From assembly GCF_001194135.2 (NCBI RefSeq), contig NC_068983.1, positions 70,039,822 to 70,103,821 of the forward strand: 64,000 nucleotides of DNA, given 5' to 3'. The notes beneath the pieces are model-generated. The model was not told where the DNA came from. It worked only from the letters and a program-made list of their open reading frames with translations, and did no database searches. The translations under genes were made by a program, and so were the position numbers. The stretch comes from Octopus bimaculoides. Taxonomy: Eukaryota. This document shows, in pieces, positions 1-12,697 of this stretch. Position 1 is the first letter of the stretch. Every line of letters starts with the position of its first letter.

Positions 1-540
1 AATTCAGCCTCCTTATTGAAGATGCATTCATTCGTAGATAGATTGGATATTCTAAGTGAAATATTTTTGACCAAATTTCTCGTTACTGAATTTGGATGAT
101 TGCTGGATTTACTGATATATTTTAGGTTAGTGGAGGGTTTGTGATACGGGAAGAATGTTTTAGTGTGGAGATCTAAAGTGACGTCCAAGAAGTGAGCTAT
201 AGATGTTTCATCTTCAAATACTATACCAAAGCCCATTCTGCTAAAAAACCTAGCTAATTTATTTTTAATTTTTTGTATTTTTTGATTTGTGGTGTTCTCT
301 AAGTATAATAGACAATCGTCTCTGTATAGACCACCCTTAACATTTGGGAATTGGTCTTCTAATTCGTATAGAATGTATGTGCATGCTAAATCTGCTATTT
401 GAGCTGACTTGGAACTTCCCATAGGAACGTCGAATCATTCTGGGGTGTCCTTACGTATCCATAGTTTTTTTATTGAACTTAATTATGGAATTTCTAGCTG
501 CTTTAATAACTTTAAATTCATCTCTAGGCATACCCGCCAT
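1..540 (-). mobile_element. Penelope-like element (PLE) reverse transcriptase fragment, running off the window start
   Basis: Minus-strand translation: FDVPMGSSKSAQIADLACTYILYELEDQFPNVKGGLYRDDCLLY...HFLDVTLDLHTKTFFPYHKPSTNLKYISKSSNHPNSV...RISNLSTNECIFNKEAE, with PLE RT motifs (YRDD catalytic motif, FLDVT, SNHP). The frame is open from 434 to the window edge. Upstream are an in-frame TGA (435-437) and a frameshift in an A-run. Confidence 0.85.
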
Positions 541-557
541 ATATGTATATATGTATG

Positions 558-592
<35 letters not shown>

Positions 593-875
593 GTGTATAT
601 ATATGCACACACACACACACACATATATATGTATATATATCTATGCATTCATATACATACATATATACATACATACATACATACATACCATCATCATCAT
701 TATCATAATCCACAACCGTTATTCTCATCATCATCATTTAATCTCCATATTCCATACTAGCATGGGTTGGATGGTTCAGTAGAATCTCATGAGCCAGAGG
801 AGGGTATTGAGCTCCAACAATTATTTTGGCATGGTTTTTATGGCTTGACTATAAATACCAACCAATTACAACCAA

Positions 876-1217
876 TTTACTAAATCAATGTTGTTATTAT
901 AACTCCGAGGTCAACAAAGTAAGTTATTGGTAATAGATTAAGAGTCATATACTTCACTATACCCATCTCTGTAGCCTTTTACCAAAGTTAAAAATGAGGG
1001 TTGGCAGCAGGAGGGGTATCTGGTTGTTGAAAATCTACCTCAATAAATTCTCTGTAACCCATACTGGCATGGAAAACTGGATGTTAAAACAATAACAATT
1101 TCTAACTTTGGTAAAAGGCTACAGAGATGGGTATAGTGAAGTATATGACTCTTAATCTGTTACCAATAACTTATTTTGTTGACCTTAGAGTTATAATAAC
1201 AACATTGATTTAGTAAA
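876..1217. repeat. Long inverted repeat with 120-bp arms (876-995 / 1098-1217) and a 102-bp spacer resembling a SINE/LINE 3' tail
   Basis: Manual alignment of the left arm with the reverse complement of the right arm gives about 5 mismatches in 120 bp. Confidence 0.9.
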
Positions 1218-1546
1218 ATTTAGACTAAAATGCAAAGGGAGATGAATAAATACTACATGACAATTTGTCTAGTGCAGTGCTATTTCAGCCATTCAGTGTT
1301 GCTTTTGCTTTTGGTATAATACCTCAGAAATATTTGAAAAAGAAAACAAAACATTCCTTCTAAATTTTGGGACTGGATTGCAGATTCAATAATCTAGTAC
1401 AATTGGCAAAATAATAATTAACAAATAAATAAAACTTGGACGACAACTTGATAACTTGCATATCTTTGGATACCACATGACTGCTTCCAATATTTATGAC
1501 ATATAGTCTTTATATAAACTGAGATGCCATTCCAAGAAATCCTTAC

Positions 1547-1625
1547 TTCACATTCAAGTTCACATAGATAAATGCAAAATATTTTTTTCTTATCTCTGAA
1601 CTCTACATTTACTCTTGCAAATTGT
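1547..1625 (-). CDS. Candidate internal exon of an unidentified gene (xQFARVNVEFRDKKKIFCIYLCELECE)
   Basis: Acceptor tatatttatctcag, donor GAA|gtaagg, one open frame over 79 nt. No homology recognised. Confidence 0.2.
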
Positions 1626-2922
1626 CTGAGATAAATATATGTAACAAGCTCTATTTCATGTCATAAATTGAATTCTTTGCAATTATTAGGAAACTTTAGC
1701 GAATTCCTAAAACTTGAGATATTTTGGTTGAAATTTTCTTTAATTTAATTAAATGATTAATTATTTTCAGACTAGTATTCTTCAATAGGTTATGTTTTAA
1801 TCTCTGTTTTTGCCATCAGATAAGAAGTTCAAACCAGGATGCTATATCTGAAGCTTTAGAAAATATTTGCATCAAAATTTTTCTGCTGATAATTTACGTT
1901 ATAATTATTGTGTTTTCTTTTTGTTTGTTTTCCTTAATAAAATAATCCCTTTATTGTATTTTGGTGTTACATTTAGATAATTGTTTTTGAATTTTGTTTG
2001 GCTTTGTCATTTTTTTATATGTTTTTCTGTATCTTGTCATAGGATTTTCTGTGATATAAACAGTAACAAAGCTGATTTAGTTAATATCTACAGTATCATG
2101 GGCATATAAACACTGGCTGCTTGTCAATGTGATTTTCAATAGCTTGTCACCAAGGAAACTTTTAAGCGCATCTGCTGAACTCAATAAAACGTTGGTTCAG
2201 GCTTTCTGCATGTTTTTGATTTTGCAACAGTGAGGCTACAATGCACTGTTACATGAACTGTGAATTTTTGTTAGGAACTGTTCTTGCAGAATTTTTCTTT
2301 TTCCTCTTACTGACACAATTTCAGGTTTGGCTGAAGGCTTACATTAATAAAAACAATGTTAGGTGTGAAAAAGAAACTCACATTTTCCTATTAAATAATC
2401 TGGCTATTACAAGTGATGAATCAATGGCTGCTATCACTTTGATTTCCTTTCATATATCCTTTATCTTTGTGTTTGTATGTTGTTTAAAATTGATGGATCA
2501 ATAATAAGTGTTTTGTAGTGGGACAGTGACTTAGTAGCTGAATGATTAGGCTGAACGACTTGGATGTAAAGGAGGGTAGTTTTGAATGGGAAGCAGCTGT
2601 GATCATCCAAGCTTTAATCTCTTTATGAAATAAGTACTTGCAAAGTAGAAAGTTTGTGGTAACTAATGAACATTGTTTAGTTCTATAAGCTTGCTGGTGA
2701 GTTTACGTTAGAACTTTTAATTTACTATGAATCATAAATTCATATAGTGTGTGTGTGTGTGTGTGTGTGTATATCATCATCATCAATTAATGTCTGTCTT
2801 CTATGCTGGTATGGATTGGACGATTTAACAAAAGCTGGCCAGTTGGAGAGCTTCTCAGGCTTCAAATGTCTGTTTTGGCATGGTTTCTATGACTGGATGC
2901 TCTTCCAAATGCAAACCACATA

Positions 2923-3140
2923 CACATGGGGTGCTGAAAAGTTCCTGGCTTTAAGGATAGTGTGAAAGGGCTGGTTGGTGGCCAAACCTTCTGAGTTTTT
3001 TTACAGTCCTTAGCAAAATTAAGCACCACTGCTATAAGTGTGTGAATCTGAGGTAGGAATATGTTGGATAAAATCATAATTAACTGATCCTCCTGTATTT
3101 TTTTTTTACCAGAAGTCAGGAATTTTCCAGCACCTCCTCA
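2923..3140 (+). mobile_element. Internally deleted mariner (MITE-like), about 220 bp
   Basis: TIRs ggtgctgaaaagttcctggctt and the reverse complement of aagtcaggaattttccagcacc (3 mismatches in 22), TA at both ends, and a residual mariner transposase C-terminus (CVNLR..YV) before the right TIR. Confidence 0.75.
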
Positions 3141-4503
3141 TATATTGCATATATAGAAGCATTAGGGAATATGTAAATAAATTTTTATTAATGATATGTC
3201 TTGAATCTTCAAGAAACATGATTAATGAAGACTTATACACACACATGCACATACATACACATATACACGCACAAACATGTTCACAGACATACACTCTCAT
3301 ACATATATGTATAGAGATATGAAGATTTTAATAGAAGTTTCAATGATAATATTAACAATTATAAAATTAATTTGTCCCTTATAGAACACATGTTCTTCTA
3401 CATTAGGGCTCTGGTAGATGTGAGCTTTTTCTTCTCAGCAAAGTATAAAATACTTTTACATACTTTTGCTATCTTGAACACAAACTCAGAATTGGCATAT
3501 TTTCATAGATGCTTCCATTGCTATTTATTGAGAAATTTCCAAATATTATCTGAACAAAATAGTTTATCTCTCACATATTGCATTTGTCATACCCTGAAAG
3601 ACAGTCATATATTTAAAAATACCATTCAATTATTCATTATATATAAGCAAAAATTTTAATCAAATGTGCATGCTCTCTCTCACACACACATTATAATATA
3701 TATATAAAATATATACATGATATATCTAATATATAATATATGTGTAATATATGAATGTATATATATACATGTATATATGTAAATTACTAAACTTGTATAT
3801 TGTTTATACATATGTAACTCTGTAGATGGATATACCAATGGAAAATGCATCATTCTTATGTATTTGTAACACCATGCAGTTATGTGTATGCATTTGCCTA
3901 CAATAATATAATATATATATATATACAAAAAAACCATGCTAGAAACAGATTAGAAAACCTTAATAATTACTTACAATAAATAATATTGTATCCTCAATCT
4001 TAGCTTTCCCAAAATGATTGGTTTAAAATTTCTTAATAAAAATCTCATAAAACTAAACCTTATTCAAGTTCAGTTTGACTTATGCTATGTGACCAACTGT
4101 TTCACAGAAACCTAAAACACAATAAAAACCAACTTTGAATGCAAAGAATGTTGACAACTAAATGCAACATATCTGTTTACACCTTTACTTCACAGCCTGA
4201 CTGAACCCTTAGCAATAATAATATTCCCATGTGAAATCAATGTAAATCAGTTCACCATAACTTTCTATCGATCCACACCCAATAAATACATATTTTTCTC
4301 TTATCCTCCACTATATTGTCTTCCTATACAACTACTCATCCTGCCTACAACATACCTAAGCATCGATCAACATAGCTCCACCTACTCCACAAAAAAACAA
4401 CTTGCCAAGGACTATATAATGTGGAAACAAAACTAAGTTAAGCACAGTCTGATGAATACCATACACACTCACACACACTCATATATAGGGACCATCTGAG
4501 AAC

Positions 4504-4543
<40 letters not shown>

Positions 4544-5547
4544 GGTTATTATCTCTAGTGTAGGTGCCTCAAAAGAAAATTATGACCCCTGTAAAATGGT
4601 TGGTATTGGAAGGGAATCCAGCCATAGAGACCAACCCAAGAAAGACTGGTGCATGAGACAGTTCTCTCTTATGTCAAAACTTTTCATTCATCCAATATAC
4701 ACCAGCATTGAAATTGGACATTAAATCATGATGATTATGATGATGGCTTTACTGTGAGCATCAAATTTAATTTCAGAACTTTACAGTTCAGTAGATCATA
4801 TTTTTTTTAACATTTATAGATTAAGTAAAATAGAGTCAGCAATGTAAAACCAAAAACCAAGCAGCTTTAGTCTTTTTAACATAGAGAGTATTACACTACT
4901 TTCATTGTAAACAAGAAGCTTTTATAACAGTCTGTTGTAACTGATGTAGCTGTTAATAATATTGCTTATACAACAAATAATAACTAGTAAGGTAATGTAC
5001 AGATTGCAGAATGGGATTTTGTTATGAAACCAGAATTATATTTAAATGAATGATAAATGGAATGTATTATATGACATAGATGTGTTCATAAATTTCTACA
5101 GAATACTTCACAAACTATATTGCCCTTATTTTAAAGAAGGGAGTGATTTGATTAAATTTATAGCATTTGCTTCATAGTACTAAAAGTATCTGTTGCTGTA
5201 GAAACCTGAACAACTGAAAATTTGTTACCATGCAACCTTTTCTAATTCATATTTTCTGTCACTGGTTTCATTTATTGGACAGTAGATATGCTGCGATGCT
5301 TCCTTGAAGTGTTTTTAACCAATCATATAGATCCTAGTACTTATTTCAGTGTGCTGTTTTTAATGATATGTCTATACTTTTATTTATCATTTTTTTTCTT
5401 GTGAAAAACTAAGTTATCTTCTTTAACACAATATCTTTTTGCCTTTATGAGTCGTAGTGTTTCATGTATATAAACAAAGCCTTGGCCATCTTCTCCCCAC
5501 CTCCAAATATATATATGTACATACCTACATACATGCACACACACACA

Positions 5548-5596
<49 letters not shown>

Positions 5597-6515
5597 NNNN
5601 NNNNNNNNNNNNNNNNNNNNNNNNNNNNNNNNNNNNNNNNNNNNNNNNNNNNNNNNNNNNNNNNNNNNNNNNNNNNNNNNNNNNNNNNNNNNNNNNNNNN
5701 NNNNNNNNNNNNNNNNNNNNNNNNNNNNNNNNNNNNNNNNNNNNNNNNNNNNNNNNNNNNNNNNNNNNNNNNNNNNNNNNNNNNNNNNNNNNNNNNNNNN
5801 NNNNNNNNNNNNNNNNNNNNNNNNNNNNNNNNNNNNNNNNNNNNNNNNNNNNNNNNNNNNNNNNNNNNNNNNNNNNNNNNNNNNNNNNNNNNNNNNNNNN
5901 NNNNNNNNNNNNNNNNNNNNNNNNNNNNNNNNNNNNNNNNNNNNNNNNNNNNNNNNNNNNNNNNNNNNNNNNNNNNNNNNNNNNNNNNNNNNNNNNNNNN
6001 NNNNNNNNNNNNNNNNNNNNNNNNNNNNNNNNNNNNNNNNNNNNNNNNNNNNNNNNNNNNNNNNNNNNNNNNNNNNNNNNNNNNNNNNNNNNNNNNNNNN
6101 NNNNNNNNNNNNNNNNNNNNNNNNNNNNNNNNNNNNNNNNNNNNNNNNNNNNNNNNNNNNNNNNNNNNNNNNNNNNNNNNNNNNNNNNNNNNNNNNNNNN
6201 NNNNNNNNNNNNNNNNNNNNNNNNNNNNNNNNNNNNNNNNNNNNNNNNNNNNNNNNNNNNNNNNNNNNNNNNNNNNNNNNNNNNNNNNNNNNNNNNNNNN
6301 NNNNNNNNNNNNNNNNNNNNNNNNNNNNNNNNNNNNNNNNNNNNNNNNNNNNNNNNNNNNNNNNNNNNNNNNNNNNNNNNNNNNNNNNNNNNNNNNNNNN
6401 NNNNNNNNNNNNNNNNNNNNNNNNNNNNNNNNNNNNNNNNNNNNNNNNNNNNNNNNNNNNNNNNNNNNNNNNNNNNNNNNNNNNNNNNNNNNNNNNNNNN
6501 NNNNNNNNNNNNNNN
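5597..6515. other. Assembly gap. Other N runs: 8257-8764, 16484-16542, 25499-25508, 34141-34150, 35068-35099, 39165-39174
   Basis: Runs of N, several abutting (TA)n or (GA)n tracts. Confidence 1.
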
Positions 6516-7756
6516 CTGACCCTCTTCCCAAGGACTGGAATAATGGGATAAATGAAACTTGGCATAACTATTAGTCCTTCACTATATAGCCACCACCAAT
6601 GGTGACAGACTTCTCCCATTACTTTATGCAGCTGTGAAGACCTTATCTGTAGAAGTCGGTAGGTTGCATCTGGAGCCAAGACTTTACCTCAGAAATAAGT
6701 TCATCATCATCTGAAAAGTGCTTCCAAATTGCTTCCCCTTCAAAATGACTTCATGACTGGAAAGAGATGGAAGTCAGATGGTGCAAGGTCGGGAGAGTAA
6801 GAGAGATGTGGAAGGATTTCATAACTGCAGGAGTGTGCTTTCACCTAGGCAAGATGCACATTGTGAACTGGGGTATTGTCTTGGAGGATGTGGACTCCTT
6901 TAGTCAGCATGCCATGCCTCTCTGCTTTGATGGCATCCTGCAATTTCTGCAGCAGAGAAGCATAATATGCCCTATTAATTGTGGTGCCCTTTGCTAGAAG
7001 ATCCATCATTACTACTGGTCTGAACAGACTAAGCATCGTCTTGCCTGCTGAAGGTTGGACACAAGCCTTCTTTGGAGGTGGTGAGTTATCATGCTTCCAT
7101 TGATTGGGCTGGACTTTAGTCTCAGGATCATAGTGATGGACTCATGTTTCATACTCTTGGGACATTGCCAAAAGAACTTGGGAGCAATTGACTCATTCCT
7201 GCTTCTGAAAAGGTGTAAGCATTTGGGTAATCCATCATGCAGACAACTTCCGTATTTGTAAATTGTTGTGAATGATTTTTTCCACGGACTCTACACTTAT
7301 CTTCACTTCTTGGGTTAGTTGTCAAATAGTTATGCAGTGATCCTCCAAAATGGTGGCTTCCACTTTATGGATGGTGTCGTCATCAGTAGCAGAATGTGGT
7401 CATCTAAGAATAGGAGCAGTTTCTACTAATGTCTGACTACATTTCAGCTGGCACTTCCAGTGCTTGACTGCATTCTATGATGGTGCATCATCACCATAAA
7501 CTTCTTTCATCTCACCGAAAGTCTCTTTTGGTGTATGACCTTTTGAGTATAAGAACTTGATCACTGATTTTCAGTCAACTGCCTCCATTATAACACCTTA
7601 GTCTACTTCAGCAGCCGTAAAAGACAAATGAATACTAGTGGAAAGCTGCAATTTACAATGCGACATGTAGAGACATGTATAATTTATACCTGCACAAATT
7701 CCATTTCCTGTAATAACCGGAAGTAGGTCAGGGGAAATCTTTAATGAACACCTTTT
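6516..7756 (-). mobile_element. Decayed mariner (Tc1/mariner) transposon with transposase pseudogene (about 7588 to 6572)
   Basis: Minus-strand translation with several stops: MEAVD*KSVIKFLYSKGHTPKETFGEMKEVYGDDAPS...W(I)TQMLT...HHYDPETK...ILQDNTPVH...SYSPDLAPSDFHLFP...FSDDDELISEVKSW, including the YSPDLAPSD motif. TIR at about 7726-7756; its partner (ctgaccctcttccc at 6516) runs into the gap. Confidence 0.9.
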
Positions 7757-7758
7757 GT

Positions 7759-7807
<49 letters not shown>

Positions 7808-7971
7808 TATTATGTAGGTAGAGTAAAATCCTGGCTGTTTCCTCTTGAATCACATCTGCTTATTCCATTATTACAATCCAGTATGTAGTAGCTCTCATTT
7901 TAGTATATATGCAAAGTACATATTAAAATTGAAAATTCTGGAAATATTGTTTGCCGAGTTATTGTATAACT

Positions 7972-8161
7972 AAACAGGAAGCTGGAAAAGTTTTGGGTAT
8001 TATTTATTCACCATTACACATGCTTCATTTTCTAATAGGAATTACAAAGTTTTACATGTTAGATACATATCTAACTTGTAAAACTTTGTCATTCCTATTA
8101 GAAAGTGCAATATATGTAATGGTGAATAAATAATACCCCCAAATTTTATAACTTCTTGTTT
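7972..8161. repeat. Near loop-less palindrome: core arms 7995-8065 / 8068-8138, with a degenerate 25-bp extension
   Basis: 71-bp arms with about 8 mismatches around a 2-nt centre. Confidence 0.85.
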
Positions 8162-8168
8162 TGTTGTA

Positions 8169-8199
<31 letters not shown>

Positions 8200-8222
8200 G
8201 CATACACATACACACACACACA

Positions 8223-8256
<34 letters not shown>

Positions 8257-9547
8257 NNNNNNNNNNNNNNNNNNNNNNNNNNNNNNNNNNNNNNNNNNNN
8301 NNNNNNNNNNNNNNNNNNNNNNNNNNNNNNNNNNNNNNNNNNNNNNNNNNNNNNNNNNNNNNNNNNNNNNNNNNNNNNNNNNNNNNNNNNNNNNNNNNNN
8401 NNNNNNNNNNNNNNNNNNNNNNNNNNNNNNNNNNNNNNNNNNNNNNNNNNNNNNNNNNNNNNNNNNNNNNNNNNNNNNNNNNNNNNNNNNNNNNNNNNNN
8501 NNNNNNNNNNNNNNNNNNNNNNNNNNNNNNNNNNNNNNNNNNNNNNNNNNNNNNNNNNNNNNNNNNNNNNNNNNNNNNNNNNNNNNNNNNNNNNNNNNNN
8601 NNNNNNNNNNNNNNNNNNNNNNNNNNNNNNNNNNNNNNNNNNNNNNNNNNNNNNNNNNNNNNNNNNNNNNNNNNNNNNNNNNNNNNNNNNNNNNNNNNNN
8701 NNNNNNNNNNNNNNNNNNNNNNNNNNNNNNNNNNNNNNNNNNNNNNNNNNNNNNNNNNNNNNNNAGTATATTGTATTTATGCTTGTGTATGTATAGTGAT
8801 CCAGGATTGGTTACTTCAAAATAAAAGTGGTCATATACACTGGTCTCTATAACATATGCCTCTACTAGGCTTGTGATATAGAGATAGCAGTGTGTGCAAG
8901 TGTATGTCAGTGTATACACAATATTACACATATCAGCTTATTATGCAAGCATAGAAAACGGATGGTAAATAATGATGATGTGCATCATCATCATTACAAC
9001 TGGTACATACTTAGATACATATAAGCATACATACATACATACATACATACGTACACACATACATACATACACATATATACACACATACATATGTGCACAC
9101 ATCTATACACACACACACACACACAAATACAAACACGTATATCAATCTTCAGCACAGTTTCTATGTACTGGATTGAACTTCGAATGCTTTGGTTGTCTTG
9201 GAGCTATTGTAGAAGTCACTCACTGAAAGGAGTGCATAATAAGATAAAACCAGGGACCATGTGATGGCAAGTGAAACATCTTAATCACACAACCATACCT
9301 GTCCTTAATAAATATATGATTGATAGTTAAATTATATATATAAAAAAAAGAAAAAAGAAATTGCTCAAGTAAGTTGAAAGCAGCAAATGGAAGCTTTACA
9401 TGTATTTTGACTGCTTAAATAGCTTGCAGACAGGAGTGAACTTCCTTTCTACTCATCATGAAATTGAATAAGTTCTTTATTTCCCATTTATTTTATCATC
9501 CAGAGAAGGATTTTGCTGACAGAAATCCACTTGATATTACATCTTAC

Positions 9548-9653
9548 CTTAAAATAAACTTCTATTAGAAATCTCCTTGAAATAATATACTTATCTTTTG
9601 CCTCTGCTTTGCATACTTGATAGTCAAATTCAATCAGTGCAGGTCTTGTTTCG
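9548..9653 (-). CDS. Candidate internal exon (xETRPALIEFDYQVCKAEAKDKYIISRRFLIEVYFK)
   Basis: Strong donor AAG|gtaaga, weak acceptor (ataactag), 35 open codons. No homology recognised. Confidence 0.2.
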
Positions 9654-9984
9654 CTAGTTATAGTGTAATGTTAACATTGTGGATGTAATATAGTCTTCCC
9701 TTCCCACAATCTAGTTATATAATCTTACCTCTCCATCAACATTACCACTCAATAAATCAATCTAAATAATAAGTGCCTTTATCACTGAAGGAATATTTTA
9801 ATCCTTAATAATTTCTCCCACTGCCAAAGAACAAAAGAAAAATTTAAACAAAAAATCAAAAATCTTTATTCTGATCTGGGATGATTTGATCTGTTCACTG
9901 TAAACTTCCAAGCTGCTCATCAATTTCTAGAGATTTCTACTTTCCACCACTTAGTCACAATAATTTTTGGTTTTGTTTTTGATT

Positions 9985-10330
9985 GGACACAATGGCTCTG
10001 ATATTAAGGTGTTGGACTGTTGACCATGTAGTCATAAGTTCACATCATATGACAGGCAATATGCTGTGCTTTTGAGCAAAGCAAATTAACTTTGCATGCA
10101 CAACTTTCTTAGACTGGTTGAGCTAACAATTAAGCTTCAACAAAGTCACTTGAACTGATAGAAATAGTATCCAAATATCCCTCACAATGCACCTACTATC
10201 TTAAATTGGGAAGGACACATCAAATAATGTCCTAGATAAACTATAACCGAAAACAAGACAGAGTGCTCACAGCAGGAATTATTTTTAACCATAGGGTTGC
10301 TTTTTCGATTTTGATCTGGGACTAATAACC
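9985..10330 (+). mobile_element. Degenerate tRNA-head SINE. Related tails at about 13730-13910(-), 15170-15360, 38280-38480, 46260-46390, 48670-48850
   Basis: tRNA-like head (ggacacaatggctctgatattaaggtgttggact) and recurrent tail motif gaaatagcagccaaatctccctcaaatcacacc...ggacacattggataatgtagtcctagata. Confidence 0.55.
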
Positions 10331-10519
10331 TCTGATCATTAAAAATATCTTCTGGCACTGCCTTATGGTTAATTAGTGAGTAGAAGGCTTAGCATAGTAT
10401 CTACATGTGAAAGTGTCTCTCCGTGCAAACAGACAAAGAGCAAAATAAAAAATTAAGAGCAACAACAAAAGTACTTGTCATTCTTTGGGGAGCATGTCCT
10501 GAAGCTGACAGAGGTGCAG

Positions 10520-10935
10520 CTACTGGAAAAAAAAAGAAATGAAATGAGCATGCTCCATTTCATGTGTAATGTTAGTATCCATAAATGGTGGGGAACAAAT
10601 AAGTTTTAAGAAAAACTGCATGTAAAAGAAAACAGTTGTAGTGTGCAAAAGAGAAGACTGTTCTGGTACAGGCATATGATGCATACAGGGGATGACAGGT
10701 GAAGAAGTGCCGAGAGCAATTCAGATTGAAGAAGACTTTGACTTTCATTTCTGTAGGAAGTCAAAGGAAAACTTGGGATGATCTTATGATGATGAACCTC
10801 ACAAAGTAGAAGACAAGGGACCACAACATTACAACATGTGGTGTGATGCTGTACTGAAGTAGACCTATCCAAGTTATACAAACATGGATAAATGGATTAA
10901 ATGATGTTGAAAATAATGATAATAATGATGATCAC
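10520..10935 (+). mobile_element. RTE-clade LINE, 3' end fragment
   Basis: Translation EMSMLHFMCNVSIHKW...EKLHVKENSCSVQKRRLFWYRHMM, followed by a (GAT/AAT)n tail. Confidence 0.7.
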
Positions 10936-11979
10936 ATTTATCATCAACTGCATGAGAGTTGTGTATGGTAGACTTAATCTGTCATCAGGTTAATGCTACC
11001 ATCTGGACCATAGGTACTTTTAGTAGAATCAACTCTGTTGCAAGCATTCGACTGAGGTTTCTAGTCTGATAATAACTTGATGTCTTAACGTATTGCTTTC
11101 TACTGTAACATCAAGAGCCACACTTTTCTCCTCCTTCCCACATCTCTTGGAGGCCCTGGAAAAGAGTTACTGGTATTAGTCTTCCTTCTGTGACTAAGCT
11201 ACAATATATATATAAAATAAAATAAAACATATTGAAAATTGTTGTTGTATCCATTGATTATTTAAATGTGTAACCGTCTGTGATGAGTTGTAAATAAGAT
11301 CATGTCATCTTTGTATAAAAAAAAACAAAAAAAAACACAACACTTTTTTTTTCATATTTAAATGTATCAGTGACCCAGTGGGTAAGAACATTGTTACTTT
11401 TAGAGGAGCATTAAAGATTCCTAATTTATATACATTGAAATCCTTATATACATCCATGAATAAGACACCTGGCTATCATAGGAAATCAACTCAATTGAAA
11501 CAAATATTGATGTAAATACTGAAGTGTTTCATCTCTAACGATGTGGGTAACAATCCATGAAATTAAAATCATATCTTAGACGTTTATAGTCTTAAAATGT
11601 TATTTAGACTGTAAAAGTATAACCATGTAATTAATATTATTGTTGAATTGTGTATAATTTGCTCTGTTTAAATACAAAGCTTAAATACCAATAATTTGAT
11701 GAATGTATAAATGTAAATGTAGATTAATATATTTGTAGTGCAGTTTTTTCCTTAAACTGCATGACAAATAACCAGTATTAAGAACATGTGTATTTCTGTT
11801 TATGTATTATGATTGTATCTTTGTTATTGGGTCTGGCTTTGAGTGTTACAAAGAGAATATGTAAGCACTATCTTGATGATAGTGAATGCTGTCATCTTTA
11901 CAATCTATATCTCTGATGATTTAACATTGTGACTTCCTAATGTGAATTGCATTATATGACTATTAATCACCTAATGTTA

Positions 11980-12697
11980 AAGGAGTGTAGGAGACAATAG
12001 AGAACTATATCAGGTAGCAAGAAGGGAGGCTAGGATACAGGTATACTTCGCTAGGGGAGAAGCTGAAAGCAAGAAGTTTGCCAGTGTTCTGTGGTGTGAG
12101 GACCAGAGGCTTGTGTTTTGGACTGCAAGACAGTGTGTCAGAGAAAATTGTGATGTAGGAAAGATATGCATTCACGTAGATGATGGTTCACTTGCAGTTA
12201 GTGACTCTGCAAAGAAAGAATTTTGGAAATGCCACTACAAAAGGCTGCTAAATGCAGAGAGTGCATGGGAGAAGGAGAGTCTGCCCAATTTAGTCCTGAC
12301 ATAGGGATCAGCTATCTGAATTGACTATAGATTGGTAGCTAAAGCAATTAAGGATATGAAAACAGGAAAAGCCGCTGGCACTTCAGGAATGATTGCTTAG
12401 ATATTTAGAATATCTGGTTGAGTGGAATATGGCCCAGTTACCTGTTTAATTAATCCCAACGACTGGTGTAGCAACATTATAGTCAACTGCTACAAAGGTA
12501 AAAGTAACACTGAAGACAAAAATATTTACAGAGGGATCAAATTGCTGGACCAGGTTATGAAAGTTACAGAGAGGATCATAGCTCAACTAATTATGAAGTG
12601 AGTTAGCCTAGATGAGATGCAGTTTGGTTTTGTGCTAGGAAGAAGCACTATTGATGCTATCTTCTTGGTCAGGCAACTGCAGGTGAAACATTTAACC
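11980..12697 (+). mobile_element. RTE-clade LINE reverse transcriptase fragment (decayed)
   Basis: KAIKDMKTGKAAGTSG...PNDWCSNIIVNCYKGK...YRGIKLLDQVMKVTERIIAQLI...LDEMQFGFVLGRSTIDAIFLVRQLQ. Confidence 0.9.

Noticed and set aside
435-437. In-frame TGA just before FDVPMG in the PLE RT as a possible selenocysteine
   Set aside because: It aligns with Leu (SLFDV) in the second PLE, not a Cys position, and a frameshift lies just upstream. Ordinary decay is the simpler explanation.
3113-3172. Apparent + strand exon (SQEFSSTSSYIAYIEALGN)
   Set aside because: It overlaps the right TIR of the mariner MITE.
10380-10525. Strong-looking minus-strand acceptor (tttttttttccag) with open frame AAPLSASGHAPQRMT
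   Set aside because: The pyrimidine tract is the antisense of an A-run at the edge of the RTE fragment, and there is no convincing donor.
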